NCBI GenBank assembly: GCA_041687695.1
Contig: JAWLBL010000014.1
Location: 140,955-204,954 of the forward strand
Origin: Myxococcota bacterium
GTDB taxonomy: Bacteria > Myxococcota_A > UBA9042 > PHBI01 > JAWLBL01
DNA: 64,000 nucleotides
Direction: 5' to 3'
Made by a program: the position numbers and the translations under genes. Of the stretch, positions 21,383-30,936 are shown one piece after another; the first letter of the stretch is position 1; every line of letters starts with the position of its first letter. The notes beneath the pieces were generated by a model, which made no database searches, was not told the DNA's origin, and saw only the letters and a list, made by a program, of their open reading frames with translations.

Positions 21383-22198
21383 ATGGCAAGGACATCTCGG
21401 ACCCTGTGGCCGTTGGCGCTGGGCGCGGCCCTGGCCTGCGCGAGCACGGCGAACGCGCACGAGGCCTCGCTCTCCGTCGGCGTCGCCGCCTGGGACGCGG
21501 TCACCGACGCCGCGGGTCGCGAGACGGACGACACGCTGGTCCCGTTGGTGCTCAGGGGCGCGGTCGACATCGTGAGCCGGCTCGAGGGCTGGGCCGAGCT
21601 GAGCCTCGTGCGCCGCGTGGTCGAACCCGAGGGCGCGGACGCCACGAGCGTCTTCGGGACGCGCGAGCTGGTCGCGGGCGTGGGCTACACGCTCGGCCTC
21701 GCCGAGGGCCAGCTGGGCGTGCAGGGCGCGTTCAAGCTCGATCTCGGCGCGGACGACGCGCTGGTGCGGGTCAGCGACGGGCAGCACGGCGTCCACTTCG
21801 ACGTGCGCTACACCCAGCCGCTGGCTCCGCGGCTCCCTGTGACGATCTCGGCCGGCGTCGTGCACGCCTTCGAGGACGGCGACACGGGGCTGCGCAACGG
21901 GCTGCTCTTCCAGTTCGCCGCGGGCGCCAGCTATCTGCTGACCGACTCGCTCCGCGCGGGCCTGACGGTCGGCTACGCCTCGCGCGCCGAGGTCGAGGTC
22001 GACGGGGTCGCCGCCCCGGGCACCGACTGGACGGTCGTCCACGTCGTCCCGTCCCTGGGCTTCACCGTGAACGAGTCGCTCGCCATCTCGCTCAGCGGCG
22101 GCACGCGCCTCGAGGACTTCACCGTCGGGCTGCCCGTGCGCACCGACGGGTTCCCGTCGCTGCTGGGCGGCGAGCTGTCGGTGGTCTGGCGGTTCTAG
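21383..22198 (+). CDS. Putative outer-membrane beta-barrel protein
   Basis: Signal peptide (ANA-H), amphipathic beta-strands, C-terminal VVWRF beta-signal. Confidence 0.7.
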   Translation: MARTSRTLWPLALGAALACASTANAHEASLSVGVAAWDAVTDAAGRETDDTLVPLVLRGAVDIVSRLEGWAELSLVRRVVEPEGADATSVFGTRELVAGVGYTLGLAEGQLGVQGAFKLDLGADDALVRVSDGQHGVHFDVRYTQPLAPRLPVTISAGVVHAFEDGDTGLRNGLLFQFAAGASYLLTDSLRAGLTVGYASRAEVEVDGVAAPGTDWTVVHVVPSLGFTVNESLAISLSGGTRLEDFTVGLPVRTDGFPSLLGGELSVVWRF

Positions 22199-22205
22199 GA
22201 GGCCG

Positions 22206-23927
22206 TCAGGCGAGCGCGCCGCCGAGGACGCGGCCGGCGACCGTCGCCCGGAGCCAGGCCTCGGGATCGACGCCCGGGTCGACGGTCCACAGCGTCAGGT
22301 CGCACAGGGCGTCGGCGCGGAGCGAGCCCAGGCGAGCCTCGGCGTGCACGGCCCAGGCGGCGCCGCGGGTGTAGGCGGCCAGCGCCTCGGCGAAGGTCAG
22401 GCGCTCGCCACCGAACCACCCGCCGGGCGGCTCGCCGCCGGGGCGCTGGCGGGTCATGGCGGCGTGGAGGCCGGCCGCGACGGACTCGGTCTCGATGGGC
22501 GCGTCCGACCCGAAGGCCAGGGGCACGCCGCCGCTCGCCAGCGTGCGCCAGGCATAGGCCCCACGTGAGCGCTCGGGGCCCAGGCGCTGCCCGGCCCACG
22601 CCATGTCGCTCGTCGCGTGGATGGGCTGCATCGAGGCGACGAGCCCCAGAGCGGCCATCCGAGCGACGTCCTCGGCGGCCACGACCTGCGCGTGCTCGAG
22701 GCGGTGGCGGCGGGTGCCGTCGTCCCCCTGGGCGTGGGCGATGGCCTCGAGCGCCACGCGGTTGCCGCGATCGCCGATGGCGTGGACCGCCGCCTGGTAA
22801 CCCAGGGCGTGGGCGCGGCGGACGTGCTCGGCGAGCGTGGCCGGCGCGTGCAGGAGCAGGCCGCGCTCGCCGGGCCGGTCCTGGTAGTCGTCGAGCATCG
22901 CGGCCCCGCGGCTGCCCAGGGCGCCGTCGCAGAACAGCTTGATGCCCTGGACCGACAGGCGCGGCCCGAGGGTCGCCGGCCCGGGGTGGGCCGCCAGCCA
23001 CTCGGGCACGCCGGCCTCGACCGCGTCCAGGTACGCGAACACGCGCACCGGGAGCGCCCCGCGCCGCGCCAGCCGCTCGAGGGCCGCCAGCGCCCGCAGC
23101 GAGGTCGCCATGTCGTGCACCGACGTGCACCCGGCCGCGGCCATCCGCTGGGCGCCGGCGACGATCCAGCGCTCCAGATCGTCGTCGGACGGCTCGGGCA
23201 GGTGGTGAGCGACCAGGTTGAGCGCCGCGTCGACCAGCACGCCGGTGGGCTCCCCGTCGGGGTCGCGCTCGACGCGGCCGCCGGGCGGGTCGGGCAGCGC
23301 GGCGCAGAGGCCGGCGCGCTCCATCAGCGGCCGGTTGATCCAGACCGCGTGGCCGTCGGCGCGCACGAGCAGGACGGGCCGGTCGGTCAGCCCCTCGAGG
23401 TCGCGCCAGGTGGGCAGGCGCGGGTCGGCGAAGCGGGCCTCGTTCCAGCCGACGCCCGTGATGGCCGGCGCGTCCGGGTGGGCGTCGCGCCAGGCGACCA
23501 GGCGCGCGCGGACGTCGGCCGGGCTGACGGCGTCGCGCAGGTCGACCTGATCGTCGAGGCGGCCGAGCCAGGCGAGGTGGACGTGGGCGTCGTGCAGGCC
23601 CGGGACGGCGAGCGCGCCGGGGAGGCGGAGCAGCTCGGTGTCGGGATCGGGGGCCGGGGGCGCGTCGAAGGGCGCCAGGATGCGGCCGTCCGCGGCGACG
23701 AGCAGCGCGCCGTAGGTGCGGCCGGCGGCGGCGTCGACGAAGCGCGGGCCGACCAGGAGGCGCCGGCCCTGGAGCGGGCGGGGCGTTTGCTCGCGCGGCG
23801 ACTCGGCGCGGCGGTCCTCGGCGGCCGCGCGGGGGCCCTGGCCGCCGGCCGACAGCAAGGGAGCGGCGTACAGGCTGCGGCGGCGCCACTGGATGCAGCG
23901 GCAGGAGGAGGGGCTCGCGTGGGTCAT
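22206..23927 (-). CDS. YtcJ-like amidohydrolase (Amidohydro_3)
   Basis: PGLHDAHVH, DGHAVWIN, IKLFCDGALGSRGA, HAIGDR, HRLEHAQ, ASMQPIH, FGSDAP; start uncertain. Confidence 0.9.
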   Translation of the reverse strand: MTHASPSSCRCIQWRRRSLYAAPLLSAGGQGPRAAAEDRRAESPREQTPRPLQGRRLLVGPRFVDAAAGRTYGALLVAADGRILAPFDAPPAPDPDTELLRLPGALAVPGLHDAHVHLAWLGRLDDQVDLRDAVSPADVRARLVAWRDAHPDAPAITGVGWNEARFADPRLPTWRDLEGLTDRPVLLVRADGHAVWINRPLMERAGLCAALPDPPGGRVERDPDGEPTGVLVDAALNLVAHHLPEPSDDDLERWIVAGAQRMAAAGCTSVHDMATSLRALAALERLARRGALPVRVFAYLDAVEAGVPEWLAAHPGPATLGPRLSVQGIKLFCDGALGSRGAAMLDDYQDRPGERGLLLHAPATLAEHVRRAHALGYQAAVHAIGDRGNRVALEAIAHAQGDDGTRRHRLEHAQVVAAEDVARMAALGLVASMQPIHATSDMAWAGQRLGPERSRGAYAWRTLASGGVPLAFGSDAPIETESVAAGLHAAMTRQRPGGEPPGGWFGGERLTFAEALAAYTRGAAWAVHAEARLGSLRADALCDLTLWTVDPGVDPEAWLRATVAGRVLGGALA

Positions 23928-24124
23928 CTGATCGCCTTGGGGACGAAGGGCCGCCGCCAGCATGGCGGGCGCCTCGGCGGCCCTGCAAGGAATCAGGCCG
24001 CCTGCGCGGGGCAAGGGGCCGAGCGTTGACGCCGCTCCGCGCGGTTCCCACCCTGTAGACGAAGCTCGCCTTCCTGACATCCCCGCCCTCGCCACCGCAA
24101 CCCGTCAGAAAGAAGGCTCCACCG

Positions 24125-25216
24125 ATGAAAGGCCTGGTCCTGATCGCCCTCGTGCAGGGCATCGGGCTCTGCCTCGTCGGCTGTCGAAGCGAGACCCCTC
24201 CGGCCCAGCCGGACGAGCGCGCCGCGAACGCGGCGGCCGTGCCCTCTGCCACACCCTCGCGGGTGGAGGCCGAGGCGCACGCCGTCGGCGACACGGTCGC
24301 GGTCGCCACGGGCGTCTCCACCGATTCGACCGCCGCGGGCCGAGAGCCCTCCAGCATCGCCCTGCGCTTCGAACTCGACGCCCGCGACTCGCTCGCCGTC
24401 GAGCAGATGTGGCAGATCTTCAATGACCCCGACGTCCGCGGCCCCGCCATGGACACCGTCCTCTTCACCCTCACCGAGGCGAAGGGGGTCCCGCTCGTCG
24501 ATCTCCCCGTCGTGGCGCGCAACCAGCACGCCTACCTGTCCAACGACGGCCTGCTCCATGACGCCGACCGGCTCGGCGCGGTGCAGACCTACATCATCCT
24601 GCTGGACGCCGCGAACCGGGGCGTTCACCGGGCCGACGACCTCCGCCGGGTCGCCGACCTGGTCAAGGACGGCCGCAGCCTCTTCATCGACGTCGACGCC
24701 GACCTCCCGGCGGGCATGAAGGCCGGCTACTCCTGGCAATCCAACACCATGGAGGTGCGCGAGATGGACATCCGGCGCCTGTTCCTGCGCTCGCAGATCG
24801 TCCATGAAGCCGTGCACGCCGCCGACGACCTGAACCCGCGCGAGAGCCCGCTGCCCGAGGACCAGGACGACGTGATGTACGCGTACGAGACCGAGATGAA
24901 CGCGTACCTGACCGAGTCCGAGTACCGACACAGCTACGGCAACCGCCTCGACGACGTCGATCGCTACGAGCGCAACTCGATCCAGGAGCTGTCGGACGAC
25001 TACGTCGCCCTGCGCGCGGCCGCCGAGGCCGGCACGTCGGACCTGAACCTCGCCCTGCGGGGGATCAAGCGCGAGATCATCGACGTCTACGACCGCAACT
25101 ACCGCCGCATCTACGGATCGGACTTCGACTTCCCGAACTGGAAGAAGCGCGCGGATGGCGTGGCGATCCGGGCGCGGATCGCGGCCGAACCCCACGCCGG
25201 CCGGCCACCGCGCTGA
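24125..25216 (+). CDS. Hypothetical lipoprotein with zincin-like HExxH motif
   Basis: Lipobox LVGC; IVHEAVH followed by ETEMNAY. Confidence 0.7.
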   Translation: MKGLVLIALVQGIGLCLVGCRSETPPAQPDERAANAAAVPSATPSRVEAEAHAVGDTVAVATGVSTDSTAAGREPSSIALRFELDARDSLAVEQMWQIFNDPDVRGPAMDTVLFTLTEAKGVPLVDLPVVARNQHAYLSNDGLLHDADRLGAVQTYIILLDAANRGVHRADDLRRVADLVKDGRSLFIDVDADLPAGMKAGYSWQSNTMEVREMDIRRLFLRSQIVHEAVHAADDLNPRESPLPEDQDDVMYAYETEMNAYLTESEYRHSYGNRLDDVDRYERNSIQELSDDYVALRAAAEAGTSDLNLALRGIKREIIDVYDRNYRRIYGSDFDFPNWKKRADGVAIRARIAAEPHAGRPPR

Positions 25217-25278
25217 CCCGGCGAGGAGAAGCGAGCTCGACCGCGAGGGCCGCCCGTCACCGGGTGGCCCTCGTCCTT

Positions 25279-25360
25279 TCGAATCGGCTCACGCGTCGAA
25301 TCGGCTCACGCGTCGAATCGGCTCACGCGTCGAATCGGCTCACGCGTCGAATCGGCTCAC
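25279..25360. repeat. Perfect 17-bp tandem repeat (TCGAATCGGCTCACGCG) x4 plus a 14-bp partial copy
   Basis: Units start at 25279, 25296, 25313, 25330 and 25347; the last overlaps the ndh stop codon. Confidence 0.97.
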
Positions 25361-26766
25361 TCGCGAGGAGGAGGCTGGCTCTGCGCCCGGACGCGAGGCT
25401 CGGCGTCCTCGGGGCGCAGCTCGAGGTGCTCCGGAGGCGGCACCGGAAGGCGGGCCGCGCGGGCGCGCGCGTCGTCGTGCGCGGAGCCGCTGGCGTGATG
25501 ATCGCGCTCTTCGACGATGACCCGGGCGCCGCGCTGCCACGTCGCGTAGGCCCAGGCCCACTCGAGCAGCACCATCAGCCGGTTGCGGAACCCGATGAGG
25601 AAGGTGACGTGGATGACGGCCCACAGGAGCCAGGCCACCAGCCCCGAGACGCGCCGCTGGGTGCGCCCGACCAGGCCGACCGCCTTGGAGCGGCCGATGG
25701 TCGCCAGGTAGCCCTTGTCCTTGTAGACGAAGGGCTCGCGCGCCTCGCCGCGCAGCGTCCGCTGCAGGTTGCGGGCGACGTGCTTGCCGGCCTGGATGGC
25801 GCCCTGGGCGACGCCCGGGACGTTCTCGCCGTCGGGCTGCGCGACCGAGGCCAGGTCGCCGATGACGAAGACCTCGGGGTGCCCGGGGACGCTCAGATCG
25901 GGCTCGACGACGACGCGGCCGGCGCGGTCGGTCGGGGCGCCCAGGCTCGCCCCGAGGTGGGAGGCCTTGACGCCCGCGGCCCAGACGACGGTGCGCGAGG
26001 CGAGGCGCTCGTCGCCGATCTCGACGCCTCCGGCGTCGACGCGCGTCACCATGGCCTTGGTCCGCACCTCGACCCCCAGCTCGCGCAGGTGCTCGAGGGC
26101 CTTTTCGCTGACGTCCGGCGGGAAGGCCGGGAAGACGCGGTCCATGCCCTCGACCAGCACGACGCGCGCCGTGCGCGGGTCGAAGTTGCGGAAGTCGCGC
26201 GCGAGCGTGCGCTGCGAGATCTCGGCGAGGGCGCCGGCCAGCTCGACGCCGGTCGGCCCGGCGCCGACCACCACGAACGTCAGCCACTCGGCGCGACGCG
26301 CGGGGTCGGGCTCGCGCTCGGCCGCCTCGAAGGCGAGCAGGATGCGGCGGCGGATCTCGAGGGCGTCGTCGACCGTCTTGAGGCCGGGCGCCCAGGCCTC
26401 CCACTCGTCGTGCCCGAAGTAGGTGTGGCTCGCCCCCGTCGCGACCACCAGGTAGTCGTAGGAGAGCGAGCCATGGTCCAGCCTGTCGTCCAGGATGACG
26501 CGCCGCTCGGCGACGTCGACGCGCTCGACCTCGGCGAGGTAGACGGTCGCGTTCGCCTGGCGCCGCAGGACGCGGCGGATCGGGACGGCGATGTCCGGCG
26601 CGCTGAGCGCCGCGGTCGCCACCTGATAGAGCAGCGGCTGGAACAGGTGATGGTTGCGGCGATCGACGAGCGTCACCCGGACGGGCGCCTTGGCGAGCGC
26701 GCGCGCCGCCGAGAGCCCGCCGAAGCCGCCGCCGAGGATGACGACGTGGGGCAGCGTGCCGGACAC
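25357..26766 (-). CDS. ndh: Type II NADH dehydrogenase
   Basis: VVILGGGFGG, NHHLFQPLLYQVATA, VVGAGPTGVELAG, VWAAGV, FVIGD, YKDKGYLATIGR; GTG start after AGGAGG. Confidence 0.93.
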   Translation of the reverse strand: MSGTLPHVVILGGGFGGLSAARALAKAPVRVTLVDRRNHHLFQPLLYQVATAALSAPDIAVPIRRVLRRQANATVYLAEVERVDVAERRVILDDRLDHGSLSYDYLVVATGASHTYFGHDEWEAWAPGLKTVDDALEIRRRILLAFEAAEREPDPARRAEWLTFVVVGAGPTGVELAGALAEISQRTLARDFRNFDPRTARVVLVEGMDRVFPAFPPDVSEKALEHLRELGVEVRTKAMVTRVDAGGVEIGDERLASRTVVWAAGVKASHLGASLGAPTDRAGRVVVEPDLSVPGHPEVFVIGDLASVAQPDGENVPGVAQGAIQAGKHVARNLQRTLRGEAREPFVYKDKGYLATIGRSKAVGLVGRTQRRVSGLVAWLLWAVIHVTFLIGFRNRLMVLLEWAWAYATWQRGARVIVEERDHHASGSAHDDARARAARLPVPPPEHLELRPEDAEPRVRAQSQPPPRE

Positions 26767-26916
26767 GGTCCGTCCTCCTGACATCGCCCTGACCCTCACA
26801 CGTAACAACGCGAAACGGCGGGCGAAAATCCCGTCGCGTCGTCCACCGCGGGCGGGCGCCCGCGGGACCAGTGACCGCAATAAACACGGAGCGCGTGCAG
26901 AGAACGGTGGCGCCGC

Positions 26917-27816
26917 TCAGCCCAGCAGGGCGGGCGCGTAGCGGGCCAGCGGCGCGAGGCCGGGCGCGGTGGCCTGCGCCAGAGCCGCCGTCAGATCGTG
27001 ACCGCAGGCGGCGGCCGCGCTGGCCAGGGCGAGGCTGGTCGTGTCGAGGGCGCCCGCGGCGGTCTGGGCGACCTCGGCGTCGGTGGCCAGGCGCTGGGCG
27101 AAGTCCGCGGCGTGCAGGCGGCCGTGCTCGGCGAGGGCGTCGAGCAAGGTCGGCGTGTCGGCCGGGAGCAGCGCCCCGAGCGCGCGGTGGGCGGCGAGCA
27201 GGCGGGCGAGGCCCCCGGCGGCGCTCGCGGCGTAGCGCGCGCCAGCGTCCATGAGCGTGCCGATGGCGGCGCGGTAGCCGGTCAGGGCGTCGGTGTCGGC
27301 TCGCGCGATGGCCGTCAGCCCGCAGGCGTACAGGGCCGCGAGCGCCCCGGCGAAGTCGGCGGCCGAGCCCAGCCGGTGGTAGCGGAACCAGGGCGTCAGC
27401 TCGTACAGCTCGTCGCTGACGGCCTGGGCCTCGACGCCGGCCAGCAGCTCGACCGCGTCGAGGCCGGCGGGGCCGCGGGCGACGGCGAGGGAGGCCTCGT
27501 CGCGGACGATGAGAGCGATCTCGAGCGGCAGCAGGCGCCGCGAGCGGATGCGGTGGGGGGGCCAGCGCTCGAGGTAGAGGCTGAGGTGGGCGGCGTAGCA
27601 GCCCGAGGCGCCCCACAGCGCGCGCAACACCTCGGCCGGATCGCCGTCCAGGGCGTGCAGGGCGTGGGCCCGCGCGAGGTACACGTCGAGGAAGGTGTGG
27701 TGGGCCGGGTCGACGTAGGCCTCGAGCTGCTCGGACGTGCTGGCGAGCAGCCGCTCGAGGGCCGCGGGGTCGACGGCGTCGGCGCGGTCGGCGGAGGTGA
27801 CCATGGGCGCCAGCAT
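26917..27816 (-). CDS. Hypothetical all-alpha protein
   Basis: GC3-biased Ala/Leu-rich ORF filling the intergenic space; no recognisable catalytic motif. Confidence 0.6.
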   Translation of the reverse strand: MLAPMVTSADRADAVDPAALERLLASTSEQLEAYVDPAHHTFLDVYLARAHALHALDGDPAEVLRALWGASGCYAAHLSLYLERWPPHRIRSRRLLPLEIALIVRDEASLAVARGPAGLDAVELLAGVEAQAVSDELYELTPWFRYHRLGSAADFAGALAALYACGLTAIARADTDALTGYRAAIGTLMDAGARYAASAAGGLARLLAAHRALGALLPADTPTLLDALAEHGRLHAADFAQRLATDAEVAQTAAGALDTTSLALASAAAACGHDLTAALAQATAPGLAPLARYAPALLG

Positions 27817-27958
27817 GGCACATCCGAGGGGGCCCCGAAACCAGGAGAGGCGTCAGCGCGGTCTTCGAACGAGGCGAGGCCGCCGACGCGAACGTCGACG
27901 GCCTCCAGAGCGCGCAGTGTGCGCCCGAAGCTGCGAGCCATGGGCTCGCGGCTTCAGG

Positions 27959-28477
27959 TCACGGGATCGCGTTGCACATGTCGCTCGTGCGGCACTCGAT
28001 CACCCGATCGAGCTGATCGAAGGGCGCGTTGCACTCCTGCGTGCCGATCGCCTGGATGCACTCACGCAGCTCCGTGGCGTTCACACCGCCGGGGCACTCC
28101 TCGGCGCTGAGATCCTCGGTGTACTCGCGCAGGTTCTCCTGACGGCACTCGTCGGCGCTGGCCCAGTCACCGTCGGCGCCGATGTCGCCGCAGCGCTGCG
28201 CCAGCTGGCAGCGGGCCTCGACCAGCTGCTGGATGGCCGCCTGGTTCTGGAGCATCGGGTCCTCGCCCCCGATCCCCTGTCGCTGCGTGGCGTCGGTCTC
28301 GCCGCCCAGCGGCTGCTGCGTCAGCCCGGGCTCGGCGGTCGGCGCGGGCTCGGAGCCCTCGAGGTACTCGGAGCCGTAGCCCTCGGGCTCGTCCTCCTGA
28401 CAACCGGCGCCCCCGAGGAGCGCCGCCAGCGACACGGCGAAGAGAACCTTGGTGATGGGGTGGTCGATACGCTTCAT
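27959..28477 (-). CDS. Cys-rich lipoprotein, DUF6184-like
   Basis: Lipobox GAGC; ARC..QRCGDIG..C..CPGGV..ECIQAI..C..C..C pattern; GGAAGG RBS. Confidence 0.7.
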   Translation of the reverse strand: MKRIDHPITKVLFAVSLAALLGGAGCQEDEPEGYGSEYLEGSEPAPTAEPGLTQQPLGGETDATQRQGIGGEDPMLQNQAAIQQLVEARCQLAQRCGDIGADGDWASADECRQENLREYTEDLSAEECPGGVNATELRECIQAIGTQECNAPFDQLDRVIECRTSDMCNAIP

Positions 28478-28649
28478 CCCTTCCTCCAGGTGTCCTGAGT
28501 GTCCGTGGCCGGACGCGCGAAAAGTAATCACGTTTTCCGGCACTTACGACCCACCCCGGCGAACGCGGCCGCGCGATGGCGGCCTTGACACGGCCCGCGC
28601 CGACCGTGAAATGCTCGCGCGTGCGTCGGCTGGGCGCGGGGGAGGCGCG

Positions 28650-29105
28650 GTGAGGAAGCGGTGGCGGGTGGTGGGGCTGATCGTGGTCGTGGCGGTGGGC
28701 GCAGCCGGGCTGTGGGAGGGACGGCGACGGGCCCATCGGGGGCTGGAGCGGCTGCCGGAGCTGCTGACCAAGCACCTCGTGGCCGGGAAGGCGGACGCGC
28801 TCTGGCGCGACGCGGCGCGCGGCTTTCGCGAGGCGACGCCTGCGGACGCGCTGCGCCTGCGGTGGCTGGAGCGGGATCTGGGGCTGGACGGGTTCCAGCG
28901 GATCGAGTCGGTCGACGAGGTGACGCTGGGCCTGGGCGCCTCGGGGCTGACGGGCGAGGTGCTCGCGACCCTGCGTTGGGGCAGCGCGACGACGAGCGGG
29001 CGCTTCGTGTTCGTGCGCGAGGACGGCGCGTGGCGGCTGCTCGAGCTGGCGCTGCCGGCCGCGCCGTGGCCCGAGCAGCTGGCGGCGGCGGGGGGCGCGC
29101 GGTGA
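28650..29105 (+). CDS. Hypothetical membrane-anchored protein (NTF2-like C-terminus possible)
   Basis: GGAGG plus GTG, N-terminal TM helix, FVFVREDGAWRL; stop overlaps the next start (GTGA). Confidence 0.55.
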   Translation: MRKRWRVVGLIVVVAVGAAGLWEGRRRAHRGLERLPELLTKHLVAGKADALWRDAARGFREATPADALRLRWLERDLGLDGFQRIESVDEVTLGLGASGLTGEVLATLRWGSATTSGRFVFVREDGAWRLLELALPAAPWPEQLAAAGGAR

Positions 29106-29926
29106 GCGCGGGCGGGCCGTGGCAGGACGCCGAGCAGGCGCGCGCCTATGCCGAGTTCTGCGCGCGGTGGACGCTGTACGCGGACACGTCGGGGGCGCTG
29201 GCCGATGCGGCCGGGGTGGGAGGGGACCTGCGGGTGGCGGACCTGGGCTGCGGGACCGGCGAGACCGCCCGGGCCTGTCTGCAGCGACTGGGTCCCGGCG
29301 GGCGGCTCGTCGGCGTGGACCCGGCGGCGCGCATGATCGACGCCGCCGCCGCGGCGCTGGGCGGGGACGCGCGGGCCGCCTTCGTCGTCGGCGACGCCCG
29401 CGACCTGCCGGACCTGGCGCGCGCCGGGGGCGCCTTCGACCGGATCCTGTGCAACTCGGCCCTGTGGCTGGACGACGACCCGGCGGCCGCCTGCCGCGCC
29501 GCGCGCGAGGCCCTGTCCCCGAGCGGCGCCTTCGCCTTCAGCCTGCCCGCCGAGTACGCCGGCGAGGCGGACCACCTGCTCACGCCCGACGCCGTCGCCT
29601 TCGCCGCCGCGCTGGGCGCCTGCCGGGCCGAGCTCGCCCCCGCGCCTGCGCTCGACGCCAGCCCCCCGCCAGCGGCCGCCGACCTCGAGGCCCGCCGCGC
29701 GATGCTCGCCGACGCCGGCTTCGCCCAGGTCGAGATCACCCGCTGGGCGCGCCCCTGGCCGCTCGACGAGGCCCTCGCCTGGCTGGCGATGCCCGTCGTC
29801 GCCTCGGGCCTGCTGCCCGGCGCCCCACCCGACGCGCGGGCGCGCCTCATCCCGGCGTTGCGCGCGCGCCTTCCCGCCGGCCTGGCCCTCGAGACGCGCT
29901 GGCTCCTCGTCGTGGCCCGTCCATGA
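29102..29926 (+). CDS. Class I SAM-dependent methyltransferase
   Basis: VADLGCGTG, LVGVDP, GDARDL, FDRILCNSAL. Confidence 0.88.
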   Translation: MSAGGPWQDAEQARAYAEFCARWTLYADTSGALADAAGVGGDLRVADLGCGTGETARACLQRLGPGGRLVGVDPAARMIDAAAAALGGDARAAFVVGDARDLPDLARAGGAFDRILCNSALWLDDDPAAACRAAREALSPSGAFAFSLPAEYAGEADHLLTPDAVAFAAALGACRAELAPAPALDASPPPAAADLEARRAMLADAGFAQVEITRWARPWPLDEALAWLAMPVVASGLLPGAPPDARARLIPALRARLPAGLALETRWLLVVARP

Positions 29927-30924
29927 GGGCGCTCCGGCTCACGCCCATCAGGGCCATCCTGCTCGCTCTCTGCCTGGCCGCCTCCGCCGCGGGGCCCGCC
30001 CACGCCCTCGAGCCGCTGGACCCGGCCCTCGCCGCCGCCCTCGCGGCCATCGCCCCCGACCCGCCCCCGCCCGCGCTCACCAACGACCAGCACTACCTGG
30101 TCTCCAACGAGCGCCGGCTCGATCTCTTCGCCCCCTTCGCCCGCGACCTCCGCGGCGCCCTGGTCGCCGTCGGCTCCGACCAGCCCTACCTCCTCGCCGG
30201 CTGGTCCCGCCCGACGCTCCTCGTCGCCCTCGACTTCGACCAGCTGGTCGTCGACCTCCACGCCACCTACCGCGCCGCCTTCCTGTCGTCCCCCGACGCC
30301 GCCGCCTTCGCCGCCTTCTGGCGCCCCGACGCCGAACCCCGCGTCGTCGCCGCCCTCGACGCCACCCTCCCCGCCGCCGACCGCCCCCGCGCCCTGGCCG
30401 CCTGGCACGCCGCCCACCCCGACGTCGCGCGGCGCCTCCAGGTCATCTCCCGCGACATCGCCCCCGGCGCCCCCACCTTCCTCGAGGACCCGCGCCAGTA
30501 CGCGCATCTGGCCGCCCTGTTCCGCGCCGGCCGCGTCCTCGCCCTGCGCGCCGACCTCACCGCCGGCGGCGCCCTGCCCGCCCTGGGCCACGCCCTCGCC
30601 GCGCACGGCCAGACGGTGCGCCTGCTCTACCTCACCAACGCCGAGCAGTACTTCTACTACCGCGCCCCCTACCGCGAGGGCATGCTCGCCCTGCCCACGG
30701 ACCGCCGCACCCAGGTCCTGCGCACCCTGCCCGGCCGCCCGCGCGACTGGGAGTACGTCGTCCAGTCGGGCGAGAACTTCCGCGCCTGGCTGCGCCACCG
30801 GCGCACCTGGTCGGTCTACGCGATGCGCCAGATGGAGACCGACCACTTCGTCGGCCAGACCCTGTACCGCCTCACCGCCCGGCCCCCGGCGCGCCCGCGC
30901 CCACGCGCCGCCCCCGCCCGCTGA
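29923..30924 (+). CDS. Exported hypothetical protein (LIC_10091-like)
   Basis: ATGA overlap; signal peptide (AHA); YLVSNE, VAVGSDQ, LDFD, LYLTNAEQY motifs. Confidence 0.6.
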   Translation: MRALRLTPIRAILLALCLAASAAGPAHALEPLDPALAAALAAIAPDPPPPALTNDQHYLVSNERRLDLFAPFARDLRGALVAVGSDQPYLLAGWSRPTLLVALDFDQLVVDLHATYRAAFLSSPDAAAFAAFWRPDAEPRVVAALDATLPAADRPRALAAWHAAHPDVARRLQVISRDIAPGAPTFLEDPRQYAHLAALFRAGRVLALRADLTAGGALPALGHALAAHGQTVRLLYLTNAEQYFYYRAPYREGMLALPTDRRTQVLRTLPGRPRDWEYVVQSGENFRAWLRHRRTWSVYAMRQMETDHFVGQTLYRLTARPPARPRPRAAPAR

Positions 30925-30936
30925 CCGAAGGCCTGC

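Noticed and set aside
25279..25360. 17-bp repeats as a CRISPR array or plasmid iterons
   Set aside because: Units are contiguous with no spacers and too short for CRISPR repeats; no cas or rep gene is adjacent.
28585..28612. sigma70 promoter TTGACA-N16-TGAAAT
   Set aside because: The -35 is perfect but the -10 and spacing are poor, so it is not supportable without TSS data.
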